This document shows, in pieces, positions 35,196-48,956 of a stretch of 64,000 nt of DNA. The notes beneath the pieces are model-generated. The model did no database searches and had not been told where the DNA came from. It worked only from the letters and a program-made list of their open reading frames with translations. Position 1 is the first letter of the stretch; each line of letters opens with the position of its first letter. Source of the stretch: Asterias rubens (lineage: Eukaryota); contig NC_047064.1 of assembly GCF_902459465.1 (NCBI RefSeq), forward strand, positions 640,762-704,761. Reading direction: 5' to 3'. The position numbers and the translations under genes are program-made.

Positions 35196-35356
35196 AAATA
35201 ATGAATGTTTTTCATTCGTGCAATAGTGCAAATATGTTCATTCATTGAAAGATAAAATGTTCTATTCAACTCGGCTCCGCCTCGTTGAATAGAACATTCC
35301 ATCTTTCAACTCATGAACATATTTGCACCATTGCACTCATAAACATTCATTATTTG
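35196..35356. repeat. imperfect inverted repeat (~72-bp arms, ~85% identity) flanking TCGGCTCCGCCTCG, in a PIP5K1 intron
   Basis: aaataatgaatgttt..ttctattcaac / ttgaatagaa..aaacattcattatttg. Confidence 0.7.
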
Positions 35357-35489
35357 TATACTATTTGCTGTAATTCTCCACTTTGCATGACAAGAATATA
35401 ACAAAAAGATAACATTATTTGAAGAACTTAGTAAGCATTGATACAATCGCATGGCTTTTATTATGTTTCCTTTCTCCCTATCCAAACAG

Positions 35490-35623
35490 ATTGAAAAAGA
35501 AATTAGAACACACGTGGAAGAAAATGGTGCATGATGGAGACACAGTTTCTGTTCACCGACCGAGCTTCTACGCCTCGCGCTTTCAAGAATTTATGTCCAA
35601 AACTGTCTTCAGGAAGATGCCAC
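35490..35623 (+). CDS. PIP5K1: PIP5K1 exon: (K)[44 protein letters not shown]
   Basis: Matches [44 protein letters not shown]. The acceptor is ccaaacag and the donor is gtaagt. Confidence 0.9.
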
Positions 35624-35664
35624 GTAAGTCAAGAGTAGATACCAAAAGATGATTAGGATTCAAC

Positions 35665-35785
35665 CAGTAAAACTGTCAATCAGTAAAACTGTCAATCAGT
35701 AAAACTGTCAATCAGTAAAACTGTCAATCAGTAAAACTGTCAATCAGTAAAACTGTCAATCAGTAAAACTGTCAATCAGTATATT
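35665..35785. repeat. 16-bp tandem repeat (CAGTAAAACTGTCAAT) x8
   Basis: Direct tandem repeat. Confidence 0.9.
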
Positions 35786-36440
35786 GATAACAGATATTTT
35801 TATCAACTGATGAGTGTTGATTGAAAGACAATCTTTAATTTTTATTGTGACATTGGATGTTTCTCTTTTCTTGTGCCCAATGCACCCTTCTAGTGACCGT
35901 TTTTGTATGGTTTAACACTAACCAAAGACTGTCTGCTGTTTTGCAGAACAAAAAAGAAATAAAAATTGTTGACCTTTGGTACCAGCCACCTATTACTTTG
36001 GGCTAGACTCAATTTTTTTATCAGAGTCAAGAGAAGATGAAAAGGTTGTGTGCAGGTTGTTGGCTACGGCTATTGCTGTTGCTATGGTTATCCTATGCTT
36101 CAGCACATGTTCACCAAGCCACAGTCACACATCCGAACACAGCCTCAGATTCCTTGTTGGCCATGGGGGGGGGGGATGTAAGTGGATATTAATTTGTCTT
36201 GAGAATCAACCAGATTGCTGTGTGAAACTAACCCTAGCAGTGCCTTTATGGCATGCATTTTACTCTTTTAATTTCAACTATATTTTAGAAAATACAGATA
36301 CAAATTCTTGATTCAATGACTGCAGTCAGGGCATGCACAAGTTCTAAAGCTGACTTCAAACCTTCATTTTGGTCACAACAAGAACTTTTAAAAAGGTTAT
36401 TTTCTAGACATGTTGTGACTATAAGAAATGCATTATAAAC

Positions 36441-36643
36441 AGGGTAATTGATCAGCCCTACCAATACATAGGGTAATTGATCAGCCCTACCAATACATAG
36501 GGTAATTGATCAGCCCTACCAATACATAGGGTAATTGATCAGCCCTACCAATACATAGGGTAATTGATCAGCCCTACCAATACACAGGGTAATTGATCAG
36601 CCCTACCAATACACAGGGTAATTGATCAGCCCTACCAATACAT
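36441..36643. repeat. 29-bp tandem repeat (AGGGTAATTGATCAGCCCTACCAATACAT) x7
   Basis: Direct tandem repeat. Confidence 0.9.
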
Positions 36644-37399
36644 ACATGTAGTCCAAAAATTCTGTTCAGAACACTGCTTGGGTTAAAAATTCATTCCTTA
36701 TCTTACTTTTAACAAAAAGATGGCATAAAGATAGCCAGTGTGTTTGCTTTTGTTTTACATTTAAAAATACAAAGTGTGATATATTTTGAAGTGCTTAACA
36801 ATTCTTCAATGTTTGTTGCTGATTCTTATATCCATGTTTTTTACAAACTGTAAACAGCTTGATTGGTTGAGCTTTGAGTGTTGTGTTCTCCTGCGCATGA
36901 GTGACTTGATTTTCACCTCATTTTTGCGTGTGTTGCTTTATTCTTTCTTTTCTGTTTTATTTTTTATCCTCTTTTTGATGCTACTGACCTTGCATGATTG
37001 ATGAGTGACTAATACCAGTCTATTACATGGTAATATCTTCAAGAAAGCTGTATCATTTTCATCCATTTGTTTGTTCCCCCTCCTCATTTATCACTTTCCA
37101 TCATATTTTCGTTGGTGAAATGTTTTTTTAAGCTGATATTAATTTCACAGAATGATATAATCAAGCCTGTATCTGCTCTGACTGAATAGCTCATTCTTTT
37201 AAAAGCAAATGATGCATTGCTGTCTTTTTTTGCGGCTTATTTAAGGTCTTCTTTATGTCGGTTTGACTAGCTCTCTCTATGAAGACAATGGCGGTTGTTC
37301 ATCTTGACTCACTTTGTCATAACTTTACTTTTAACTGGATCACAAACTAAAGGCCTTTGTTTTCTATTTAGCAAAACTTGTTCTCGTGTTTCACAATAA

Positions 37400-37720
37400 G
37401 ACAATATAATGGGTTGCATGGGTGGCTAGTGTATAAAGTCCTCGCCTCTCACCACTCTCGCCCTAGTTCAAATCCCGGCTGGGGCCATATGTGAGTAGAG
37501 TTGTGCGATGTTGCTCTGCAGCAAGGGTTTTTTCTCGGGACACCCTGTTCTCCTCCCTCAGGAAATATCAATCACTTTTTATCTCTAGCCATGCTCTGTG
37601 GTCGTATATGGGTTGCCGGGCTGGCTGACAAAGGGCAGCCTTGCATGCCTGCGGTGCAAACTTGTTGTAGACCCCGTCCTTCACAATTCAGATTCTCAGC
37701 TGAATAAGTATGATTAGCCT
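37400..37720 (+). mobile_element. possible SINE-like element (tRNA-like T-loop motif GTTCAAATCCCGGCTGGGGCC near its 5' end)
   Basis: Motif only. The ORF 37501..37707 has no recognisable product. Confidence 0.2.
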
Positions 37721-39949
37721 CCCAAATCATTTAAAATCCTTACCAATTGAGCATACTTTATCCTGGTGTATCACACCCTTAGCAGCGGCTTTGGTTATGG
37801 GTAATGCATGAACCCCATTCTACAACATTGTTCTGCAGTCAATAGCCAGTAGCCATAACCAAAGTGGCTTCATTCAGACATGGCTGTAGTAGATTGTTCA
37901 TTGCTGTAGCTTAACAATAGAGGGCGCTCTTCATTAATGTATCAATAGAGGAAACCTCCACTTGGGATCCAGATTGGTTCAACTTCATAATACAGGGATT
38001 AATTAACAACTCAATAAGAAATCCTGGAGTTTGGTTTGCACAAGTGATGATCATCTACTCAAAGGATTTTTTATTGAATCGTCTGTCTGTAGCATATTCA
38101 TTAGACTGCGACCACTGCCAACTTGGAAGAACTGTACAAGATGATCTGCTAATGTAGGATGATTTTGGACAACAACAAAAACGGCAATAAACCAAAATTA
38201 TTTAGTGATGTTAGAGGTAGCACAAGTCTCATGTCTTTGAGTAGTGCTGTCTCTGAGAAGAACCGGTGGTTGACAACTCAACACTATACCCAAAGAGACT
38301 AACACACGGTGCTACTGTAAACCTCACCTAATTATACATCCCCACCATGCAAAGTTTCAATCTCTTTAATGTGCCAAATACACAGAGAATGAATAGAGCT
38401 CTAACTCAGTGACCTTTTACCTGGTCGGAGCTTGTTTTTTTCAGATGATGTCATCAGTAGTCATGTGATCCGAGTATAACCTAAAAAACATGGCCACCAT
38501 TACTAAACCATGTACATAATAATTTGAATGACATTGTTAATCAATCTAACCGACACAATCCACCGACTAATGGTAACCATTGACATAAATAACAAATTTT
38601 ACCCATAAATTTATGTAGTTTCTATTCATTAAGTTTGTTAATTTTTAAAGTGCACCCTTTTTAACCCAAATTAAGAAGACTGTAATGTACTTGTAATTAA
38701 TTTCTTTGGCCACTTTAATAGTGGCTTGGTTTTTGAAAACAAAATCATTGCACGTTTTTTCTTACTTTTCTCTCAGTACAAATTTTGTAATTTTTAAGTC
38801 ACTTTATGGGGTTATAATGATGTTGACTTTTATAGACCTTTTTATTGTTGATAAACAAACTGCACTGGTTGCCATGGACAGCCGGATGATAGTAAAACAC
38901 TCAATCATGTTAGCAGATGTTTTGACCAAAGTCAACATTGCGGCAAACTTTCAACCACAAAAAATACAATATGATTTTTGAATAATTGAGTAACATTGTT
39001 AGAAACTGTTGTATCTGTTTTTGCTTTGCATTTATGGCTTTCCTTAGTTTTCCAATTTTGAATGACAAAAACTTTTGACTACATTTGACTACATAACATT
39101 ATAATATTGAAGTCCAATTATAGCGCAAGTATCTTCTGAACAAGGTACTCAAGGCGCTAAGTATATACAAACTTTCAGAAAGATAGGTTATTGTAGCGAT
39201 GAATGTATGACATTGCAATAGAAAGGTCTATATTGTTTCCTCGTTGTTTCTTTTGGGAATTGATTTTTGTGTTGTCCGTTTTGTTTAGCACTTGGTTATA
39301 TTCTTTTGAGTTTACACTCAGTTTCACAAACTGTAGCAAAGTAAATCTTTAGAATCATGAACTGTAGAGAAGTAAGAATCATGAACTGTAAAGAAGTGCA
39401 TTCTTACTGAGGTTCATCAAACGTAGAAAAGTGCATCTTTATTAGGATGAGTTCGCTTGGCATTTGTTGATATGTTGATCCCCTTCCCCTAATGGTTTGC
39501 AATATTTGTCTTGGGTATCGTATTTCAAACACTTGTTTCTTTAAAGGGATGATACTGGTTTTGACAAGAGGTTAATTTTATCCAACCTTCAAGCACAGTA
39601 CAAGACGTTGACAAAAGTCCACACTGTTATTAGAATGCATTCAAAACCATCTTTAAAGTTTGTTTGTATAAAAAAGAACTTGCTGTAAAAGAATTGTTTA
39701 TCTCTCTCTCAAAATGTGAATCATATTGAAATGAGATCTTTATTACTGGTCTGTAGTCCCTGTAACTCTATAGCAAGTAGAATTAGTTGATTTTGTTTGA
39801 AAAATAGTTAATGGCCTGATGTTTCCATCTTAGCAGAGTCTTTCTTGAAGGTTAAGCTTATAGTGTTAGGAAAAACAATCAAGTGTAGATTCAGGGATTA
39901 ATTTTGCATTTATCAAGTTTTCTAATTTTCCCTTGTCTTTCCTCCACAG

Positions 39950-40132
39950 CTTCCAAACATTCTCCCTCTAAACGAAGAGGTTTTAATTATACTCCATCAG
40001 TAGGGGGTAGTAGACCGAGAGCGCGCACCGTCCCAGCAGAACTGGCTGATAATCAGCAAGCTAATCGGACACACGGGGGCAGTATGACAGCAACGCTAGA
40101 AGCTGGCGGGTCATTACCACAAGGCAGCCAAG
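39950..40132 (+). CDS. PIP5K1: PIP5K1 C-terminal tail exon: (P)SKHSPSKRRGFNYTPSVGGSRPRARTVPAELADNQQ...LPQGSQ
   Basis: The entry phase joins exon 35490..35623 to give ..KMPPSKHSPSKRR (compare vertebrate KKIPLKPSPSKK). The acceptor is cctccacag and the donor is G|gtaagt. Confidence 0.6.
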
Positions 40133-40490
40133 GTAAGTCTCAAAAGGTCATGCCTATCATCTTAAAGGCACTGCAGCTGCTTTCACGAAACGCTAGGATT
40201 AATCTTATCTCGTCCTAACTAGGATTAATCCTAGCTTGTCCTAACTTGGGATTAATCTTAAGGTTTACATGCTACAGTGCAGGGCTGGGACTCATCCTAA
40301 GTATAAGTATGCACCCTATTCAACTGAAACTTTCACAAGTGACTTTTATTCCATCTTTCTTGAAAATTTCGCTTATAAATCTGCATTGCGTTGACAAAAA
40401 CCAAGAAAAAATAAATGTCTTGAAAGAAATGAAAAGAATACATCAAGGATTTCCTTCTATTATTTTTTAACCTGCGTGTAAAAACTACAG

Positions 40491-40773
40491 GTGGTGCAAA
40501 GCCCAAGTTCGGTAGACCCGATCTCGTTCCAAGTACTCCACCAAATTATGGTGAGGCCCTAGAAATGGAGAGTGCACACCGGAAAACCGGCAACAGCAAG
40601 CGTCAAGAAGCCATCGTTAAATTTGAGAGTCCAACTCACAGCTCATCTGACGGGGGTGTTGTAGAAATTGAAGATATTACGATAAGAACGGAGACGATAG
40701 AAGATCCTTTTGCTACGGAAGAACTTAAGCAGAAACTAAGGGAGATGGATGTAAAGTTTGACTACAACCAGAG
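40491..40773 (+). CDS. PIP5K1: PIP5K1 C-terminal tail exon: GAKPKFGRPDLVPSTPPNYGEALEMESAHRK...REMDVKFDYNQ(R)
   Basis: Phase-compatible open frame from the acceptor aaactacag to the donor AG|gtgaga. It has no strong homology, so this is supported by splice logic only. Confidence 0.5.
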
Positions 40774-41232
40774 GTGAGAATGCTTAGCAAGAAAGTCTGC
40801 TTTAATTAGCAAGAAAGTCTGCTTAACGAAATAATATGGGAACACAGTTACTCTGCCGGTTGAAAAAGCTATAAAGACTTGGCCATGAAATATGTCACTA
40901 TGTTTGTGCTACATAAACTCAATCTATTTAGAAAACTATACACAAAAAATGAAGGCAAAATTTCCGGATTTAGTTTTCACTTCAAATTTATTTCAAATCT
41001 TAGTTGAAACAAGTTCAGTGTAGTTCAACTTTGATGAACTGCGATGCCTTGACATATTATTTGTTGCAATTTTGATTCAATGTGTAGCACTCTAATTCAC
41101 ACTTTCAAATGGCGCACATCCCATTCATGCTCGTTTGCAAATTAACTCATCAATAATAACCATAAATAACAGTAAGTTAACTAACCCTGAACCACTTGAT
41201 GCTTATTAGGCCAAACTTGTGTGGAAGTTAAT

Positions 41233-41605
41233 TAAAGGCACTGTACACATTTGGTAATTGTCAAAGACCAGTGTTCTTACTTGGTGTATACCAGCATAAG
41301 CATAAAATAACAAACCTGTGAAAATTTGAGCTCAATTGGTCATCGAAGTTGCGAGAAAATGATGAAAGAAAAAACACCTTTGTTGGACTTAATTGTGTGC
41401 TTTCAGAAAGAATTCAAACTTCTAGCTAAAAGTCTTATAATATATTAGTGAGAAATTACCTCTTTCTCAAAAACTATATCACTTCAGAGGGAGTCGTTTC
41501 CCACAATGTTTGATACTATCAACAGCTCTCCAATGCTCGTTACCAAGTCAGTTTTTAAATTAATATTTGTTTTGAGTAACTACCAAACGTGTACCTTACC
41601 TTTAA
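41233..41605 (-). mobile_element. MITE-A subfamily-2 copy (TIR GGCACTGTACACATTTGGTAAT / ..CCAAACGTGTACCTTACC)
   Basis: Its interior is ~90% identical to 47028-47404 and it has TTAAAG flanks. Confidence 0.65.
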
Positions 41606-41981
41606 ATTGAAATAACTGATATATAGTTCATAGCTAATCACACAGTGTATGTATGTTCTGTCTGTGTTTATGGCATGATGTCAATATGTCTAGTTACTAA
41701 GTTGATTAGTAGAATCCAAACTTCATTTACTCAGAACTGAAACATCCTCATTCACAGTACGTGCTCAAAAACATAGATTAAATAATCACAGTTTGTTACT
41801 ACCAAATGAAATTTTTAGTGTTTTCTAACCATACCAAACTTTCTAAAATAATCAAACAGTGCAGTCCATTTTTCAAGGAGCTCCAAATTTCAAAGATGAT
41901 ATTTCTGAAATTCTCTGAAAAGGGATGTTTCATCTCTGAGCTGTCAACGTCATTGTTGCTGTTATACTACGCACTCTAGAC

Positions 41982-43168
41982 CACTCAGCTACCCTCTCTT
42001 ATCCCAATAGCTACCAACTCTCAATACCGCAGCTACCCTTTCTCACCCCCACAACTACTTAATATCAACCCCTTAGCTATTTAGTCTAAACCACAAATTT
42101 ACCCGCTCTCAACCCATATAGCTATCCACTTTCAACCCTATAGGTACCCACTCTCAACCCTATAGGTACCCACTCTTAACCCTATAGGTACCCACTCTCA
42201 ACCCCATAGCTACCCACTCTCAACCCCATAGCTACCCACTCTCAACCCCATAGCTACCCACTCTCAACCCCCTAGCTACCCACTCTCGACCCCATAGCTA
42301 CCCACTCTCGACCCCTTAGCTACCCACTCTCAACCCCCTAGCTACCCACTCTCAACCCCATAGCTACCCACTCTCAACCCCCTAGCTACCCACTCTCAAC
42401 CCCCTAGCTACCCACTCTCGACCCCATAGCTACCCACTCTCAGTCCCATAGCTATCCACTCTCAACCCCATTGGTACCCACTCTCAACCCTATAGGTACC
42501 CACTCTCAACCCCCTAGCTACCCACTCTCAACCCCCTAGCTACCCACTCTCAACCCTATAGGTACCCACTCTCGACCCCATAGCCACCCACTCTCAACCC
42601 CATAGCTACCCACTCTCAACCCCCTAGCTACCCACTCTCGACCCCCTAGCTACCCACTCTCAGTCCCATAGCTACCCACTCTCAAACCCCTAGCTACCCA
42701 CTCTCAACCCTCTAGCTACCCGATCTCAACCCTATAGGTACCCAATCTCAACCTCTTAGCTACCCACTCTCAACCCCATAGCCACCCACTCTCAACCCCC
42801 TAGCTACCCACTCTCAACCCCCTAGCTACCTACTCTCAACCCTCTAGCTACCCACTCTCAACCCCATAGCCACCCACTCTCAACCCCCTAGCTACCCACT
42901 CTCAACCCCCTAGCTACCCACTCTCAACCCCCTGGCTACCCACTCTCAACCCCATACCTACCCACTCTCAACCCCATACCTACCCACTCTCAACCCCCTA
43001 GCTACCCACTATTGACCCCCTAGCTACCCACTCTCAACCCCCTAGCTACCCACTCTCAACCCCAGAGCTGCCCACTCTCAACCCCCTAGCTACACACTCT
43101 CAACCCCATAGCTACCCACTCTCAACCCCATAGCTACCCACTCTCAACCCTATAGCTACCCACTCCAA
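41982..43168. repeat. ~1.2-kb satellite of a 22-bp unit (TAGCTACCCACTCTCAACCCCA and variants) ~54 copies in the last PIP5K1 intron
   Basis: Direct tandem repeat. Confidence 0.95.
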
Positions 43169-43382
43169 ACTAGGATTGATGAAAAGGATCAACTGTAGTT
43201 GATTAGAATTTAGCACACAGTTAGTTTCATTTGTACTTTACTAGACTCATTACATGTTATGTAAAATAGTTGCCCTGGTAACTCATTTTGTATTCATTTA
43301 GTGAAATCATTGTTTATACTAACACTAGTCATAACTAATGTACATTGCCTGCTGCTTGCCTTCCATCTTTCTCGCATCACAG

Positions 43383-43701
43383 GCCCACACTGACCACCAT
43401 GTTCCCAACGACCCCAACCACAACCCCAACAACATCCCCTACAATGACTCCTCCCTCCCTATCCACCCCTCGTACCTACAGCGGTAGCAGTACCATCGAC
43501 ACCCAGAGTGAATCATCACCTCGTAAGACGGCAGATCTATCGGAAGGATCCCTCGAGGGGCTTCAAGAATTATCCAGCCCAGTCAGGGAAGGAGCTGTTG
43601 CCATGACGATACTCCATAGTGATAAAGAGGCAGAAAATGTTGGGGCATCGTCGGTAGGTGATGGAGAGTTTGCAGAAGGGGATGAGCAATGTTGGTTGTG
43701 A
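43383..43701 (+). CDS. PIP5K1: PIP5K1 terminal coding exon (Thr/Pro-rich tail, stop TGA 43699-43701)
   Basis: The acceptor is tctcgcatcacag and the phase joins 40773. The ORF 43345..43701 is low-complexity (TTPTTTPTTSPTMTPP). A possible AATAAA lies at 44354-44359. Confidence 0.45.
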
Positions 43702-44794
43702 GACAAGAAGTCTGATTCCTCATTAGGATGGTCGGACACTAACACCTGTTTGCCAAGATCTGAACCTAATTGTTTTTCATCAATGACATCTCAGCAAATA
43801 CAGGGGCCAGCTTATGATAATTGTGAACTAACGGCAAGTCATGAGTGTTATCGGAAGATTTAACAGCTTCTTGAATGACTGATAAGTGTGCAGACAATGG
43901 GCTTCTAACATCATCATGTTTAATGAACTAACGCATTAGAGTTAACCTTCAAAGACTACGCTTTAATCAGTAAACTCTGCCAAAGTCAAACCTATGGAGC
44001 TAATTAAAGAGGACTTCATGTATTCTTAGTAACTTTATCTTTAAACCAATTGAGGAAATGTGCACTAAAATGTAAATTTCCCTGTAAACAATTACGAAAA
44101 ATAAGAAACACAAATACCTTGTTTAGGGGGGAGTTCATGCAAGTTTTGTGTTAATTTTGTTTTGTAATGCATCAAAGTTCCAAAGTTCTTTGCACTGCAA
44201 AATCTCCCTGCTGCGGTGGGTATTTCACAGATGTCAAGTTCAAATTATACAACATGCAATTTCCACTAATGACAGTGATTTGTTTTCCCTAATTGGCAGC
44301 TATTTCAACCTTGATTATTTTGCTTTGGCTTCGCCAGCTGTAACCCATCTGCAATAAAGTACCATTAAGGCATTAAACCCCAGTCTATTCTGTGCACTAA
44401 AGGATGTTTTCCACCATTCATAAACCAGGACTCAGTTTCACATGATAAGGATAGCTTCAGGAGGTAGTGCTTTCTGCTCTACCAGTCAGGCGTCGGATTG
44501 ATGATACCCAAGCCTACATTCTTATGGACTGTAAAGGGGGTAACCCTGTTTCAGCCCCAAGAGTAGGTGGCATCGACCCCTCGAAAAATAGTTGATTGTA
44601 GACCACACCTTGTAGTGGCCTTCAGGCCTTGTGTGTCAGGCAACTTGCATACAAACATTTTAAAGATAGTGGTCTGCTACAGAAATTCTTACTCTCAACA
44701 ATCAAACCTGGGAAACCTTTCATTCAGCACATGCTTAAATTGAATTCAGGAAACAATACTAATATGGTTACATAAATAACACTGTTTTACATGC

Positions 44795-45165
44795 TTAAAG
44801 CCATTGGACCCTTTCGGTAAACAGTATTGTCCAAGGCCCACACTTCGTGTGTCACAACATCTATATCAAATAACAAACCTGTGAAAATTTGGGCTTAATC
44901 GGAGTCGGGAGAAAATAACGGGAAAACCCACCCTTGTATCCGCGCGTTACGCCGTGTCATGACATGTGTTTAAAACAAATCCGTAATTCTCGTTAACGAG
45001 AATTGGTATTGTTTTACTGTTTTCTCAAAAAGTAAATCATTTCATGGAATAATATTTCAAGAGAAGTATTTCACCACTACCTTCTGTAAACCCTGTAAGT
45101 TATTTGTAAATCTGTGAACTTTTTTTTTTTTTTTTTTTTTTACCGAAAGGGTCCAATGGCTTTAA
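44795..45165 (-). mobile_element. MITE-D full copy with internal poly-T (45121-45141)
   Basis: TIRs AAAGCCATTGGACCCTTTCGGTA / TACCGAAAGGGTCCAATGGCTTT with TTAAAG flanks. Confidence 0.7.
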
Positions 45166-45420
45166 AAGGCTGTTATTATTTGGCATATTTAGTGATAAGA
45201 TATGTATCTTTGTTAGTTTCCTTTAAGTTGTTACCAGTGATGGGGCATCTTGAGCCAAATACTTTGCTTTTTACCTTTGTATCTAGCACTTTGAGGCCTT
45301 TTTTTGCAATTTGGCGCTTTATAAATATCTTTTTATTATTATTATTATTAATAGATCATTACCTCCTTTTGCTAAATCAAACTAAAACTTAAAGCGTTAA
45401 ACCTTAAGACTTTTAATATT

Positions 45421-45489
45421 GACTTTTGGGGTTGAACAAAGAATTGACTAGAGTGGGATTCGAACCAACGACATCCGGATTAACGTATT
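45421..45489 (-). mobile_element. tRNA-derived SINE fragment (tail plus T-arm/anticodon part)
   Basis: ggggttgaacaaagaattgactagagtgggattcgaaccaacgacatccggattaacgt. Confidence 0.5.
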
Positions 45490-47027
45490 GCTTATTTGTC
45501 ATTGTTCAAAATTATTATTCATCATTCAGTTTACTTTGCAATTTGGTTGTCACTTTTTTTGTAAGTGGCATGATTTTGATGATTCTTTTGTACCAGGTTT
45601 CCTAAAGATGCTAGCTTTGAAATATCATGCATAACAATGTACATCCTGCATAACTAAAAGAAAATTCAGTTATTTTTGCTTCCCTCAATGCAGCTAGATT
45701 ACTTGTAGTTGACATTAATCCTGGGGGTGGGGGTAAAGTTGATAGCGTTTAGATGCTGGTCTTTTTGAAGTTTGTCATATCGATGAGGTAGATATCTCTA
45801 CAAGAAATTGTCTTTTCTTTCAGTTTACAGAACATGTGCAGCACACAAATGCTCTGGTATTTTGTCAACCAGCAGCATCCCTTTTTGAACCAAACATTTT
45901 TGAGAAAGTTCAAAAGATGAAAAATCTTAGGAGGAATTGCCATAAGAGGAATGGTTCAAATGTAGTACCAAAATGCTTACCACATGTCTTAGGTTGTAAC
46001 AAAGTCGAGTGTTATGTCAGGTTCAATACACCTAAAGTTGGTTTCATTTCTTGTGGTTGGTAGTGATTTCATAGAGCTACTTATCTTACAATTTGTTGCA
46101 TGTTAACATTTCTTATCGCTGAAATAAACTGCTTGATCAAAGTAGCATACTAACAAACTGCAGGTCTCCAACTAACCCATGGCACACATGCTGCCCTGTG
46201 TTTTTTCTTTGGTGCCCTTTGCAAATACAAAGTAATTTTTTCCCCATAGAAATGCCCGATTCAGAATTGTTGTGCTCCTTCCAGAGCAATGATAAGGTCC
46301 TTTCAAAAAGGCAATCATCTCGTTTTAACGCCCAAAGTTAAGTCATTTAAAATGCATTTCCCAGGCTGTATTTTTAAAACACTATGCTGAATCCAATGCT
46401 GACAGTCAAACTTAGCATAAAGATGAGAAAAGATAAGTTTGATTGAGTTAAAACCACTGGAAATGTGAAGAGTATTTCACTGCATTACATTAGAAAAACA
46501 TTTTTCAGAGAAGTTGTCTTTTAATTTGCCGGTAGAACTTGTCTGACCTCTGCTAGAATGTGATGGTTTTTGGAAATACCTTAAACAAAAGCTAAAAGTT
46601 TGTCTACATTTTGATAGCATTTCTGAATTGTGTAAGTTGCTGAGACAATATGTTGTCAAACTTACCAAACCTAATTTTAGTTGTAAATTGAAATTGTAAA
46701 AATTGTGAATATTAATTTTGGTTAATTGTTTAATTCTAAAAGCTGCTTTGTCTAATTTGGGATGGTTGAAAACACTAAACCAGTCCCTTTTTATTTGATT
46801 GGATAGATGTACAGTATACATACACACACAATGACACAATAGTGCACACAGCTCAGTGTTACAGCCGATCTGGGGACATTTTGTTCTATCTGTGCACTTA
46901 TGACAAAAAGTATTCTTCAACACTGTCAAAAACAATTGTGTGGCCGTGTGTAAGTCCAAATAGTGTTTCATGTCTGCACAATATTTGAAATTCTTTTGTT
47001 CTCTCAGGTCCACATTTTGTGTCTATT

Positions 47028-47404
47028 GCTTAAAGACACTTGACACTATTGGTAATTGCCAAAGACCAGTCTTCTCACTTGGTGTATCTCAACATATGCA
47101 TAAAATAACAAACCTTTGAAAATTTGGGCTCAATTGATCATCGAAGTTGCGAGAAAATGATGAAAGAAAAAACACCCTTGTTGGACGAATTTGTGTGCTT
47201 TCAGAGAGGAATAAAAGACTTCTAGCTAGAATTCTTTTTATTTTTTAGTGAGAAATTACCTCTTTCTCAAAAACTACGTTACTTCAGAGGGAGTCGTTTC
47301 CCACAATGTTTTATACTATCAACAGCTCTCCAATGCTCGTTACCAAGTCAGTTTTTAAATTAATATTTGTGTTGTCTACAAAATGTGTACCTTCCCTATA
47401 AATA
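47028..47404 (-). mobile_element. MITE-A subfamily-2 copy
   Basis: TTAAAG ACACTTGACACTATTGG ... CAAAATGTGTACCTTCC CTATAAA. Confidence 0.65.
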
Positions 47405-48956
47405 CACACACACAGATGTTTGTGAATCCTGCTAATCTAGGACTTCTCTGGGTTCTCCCAATGTTTTGTAGCGATGTCCCAGTTGGTTTTGTACATAAAA
47501 GCAAAGCAAGGACGTCCTTGCCCTGTCAAACACCCATATCCCTCTTCGTTAAAGTCCTTGGTTTTGACGCATGTTGGTTTAGACACACAGCATTAAGACA
47601 TGCAAGCATAAATCTCTACATATCTTGCTACCACAGATTCTAAATCAAAACACAAGAGGGTGCCCCCAAGCTATTGAGTTGCAGCCATTAAAATTGAGAG
47701 TTGCAACAGCTTGCGAGTAGAAACCATTTTGTGTAAAAGAAAAGCATGGATGGATTCTTGGTGCCAGACTTGATCTGCCCACTGGGCTGCATTTGGGCCG
47801 AAAATGGCGGTTAGCAACCACGCCGATTCCAGACGTGTTAAGTGCATTTTGTCATGAAGTAATTTGCACCATTGCAAATTATTACATCTTTTAATTGCTA
47901 TTCAGAAATTGGACCAATAACTGGGTGTAAACTAGTAGACTAACATACACAGATCAAAGTAATAACAACACAACATTTACAATGCGCATTTTTCTTGTAA
48001 AACAATCCCGTCAAGGAGTAACTGTCCATGAAGAGTTGAGCTCATTTCTAATGTATTCCGGTTTCCTTTGAAAACTGATCATTTGAGGCGATATCAGATT
48101 TTATTAACTGCTTTTTATTTGTACTCTTTTAAAACTAGAAATAAGGCCCGTAAGTTTGTCATGAAGTGTTAATCTTGATGTTTTTTGTAAAATCAAATAA
48201 AACGGAAACAATGTACCAAATAGAGCAAACCAAGAATGTATCATTTTTCATGCCCTAGCATGGCAAACAAGACAAATTAAAATGTTGCTTTATATTTTAT
48301 TTTTTTTATTCAAATGATTTTGGTGAAATTTTTCTTTGTCATTCTAGCCAAAACCCTGATTTACTTTTTCATATTGAAAATAACTTTACAGTATTTAACA
48401 TATTGCCAAGAATAAAGTGCAGGTTTGAGAAATATTATTTAAACTAGGATTGGCCGTCGATTTATATATTCCTGTTTCTTCCCATTTGAGGCGTGTGCTG
48501 GATAAACATGATTCTGTTCAAACTGTGGCTTATTTATAAGTAACCAATGTGATCTTGTTAGCTTTTGTATGTATTTATGTGATATTAAGACTCAATGACT
48601 GTATATTTTTCCTTCTGTGCATGTAATTGCTTTTTTCCTTCTCCTTTTCGGTATCTAACCTCCCTGTATTGGTTATTAAAATGCTGGCATGATTGCTGTA
48701 TAGAAACCAAACATGCTAAACAGTAAGTTTGAAGTTGTAAATAATATTTATCATCTATTATACAAAACGTCCATGAAGAAATCATGAGTGGAATGAGTTT
48801 TGTTTTGTTCAATAAAACTTAAGAAATAATGGCACAAACTGAAGAATAAGACTTTGTGTTGTATTTGGAGTGTGATCTTTCCTTCTACGTGAAATTTATT
48901 TCTTGTCTGATTTGTGCAGTGATGGTAAAAAAGGGGTGGAGCCGTCATCCTGAGAA

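Noticed and set aside
46477-47013. 178-aa ORF on the minus strand
   Set aside because: AT-rich low-complexity sequence with no recognisable domain. It has no splice or start context, and it abuts a MITE-A copy. It is most likely a chance ORF in intergenic DNA or a 3' UTR.
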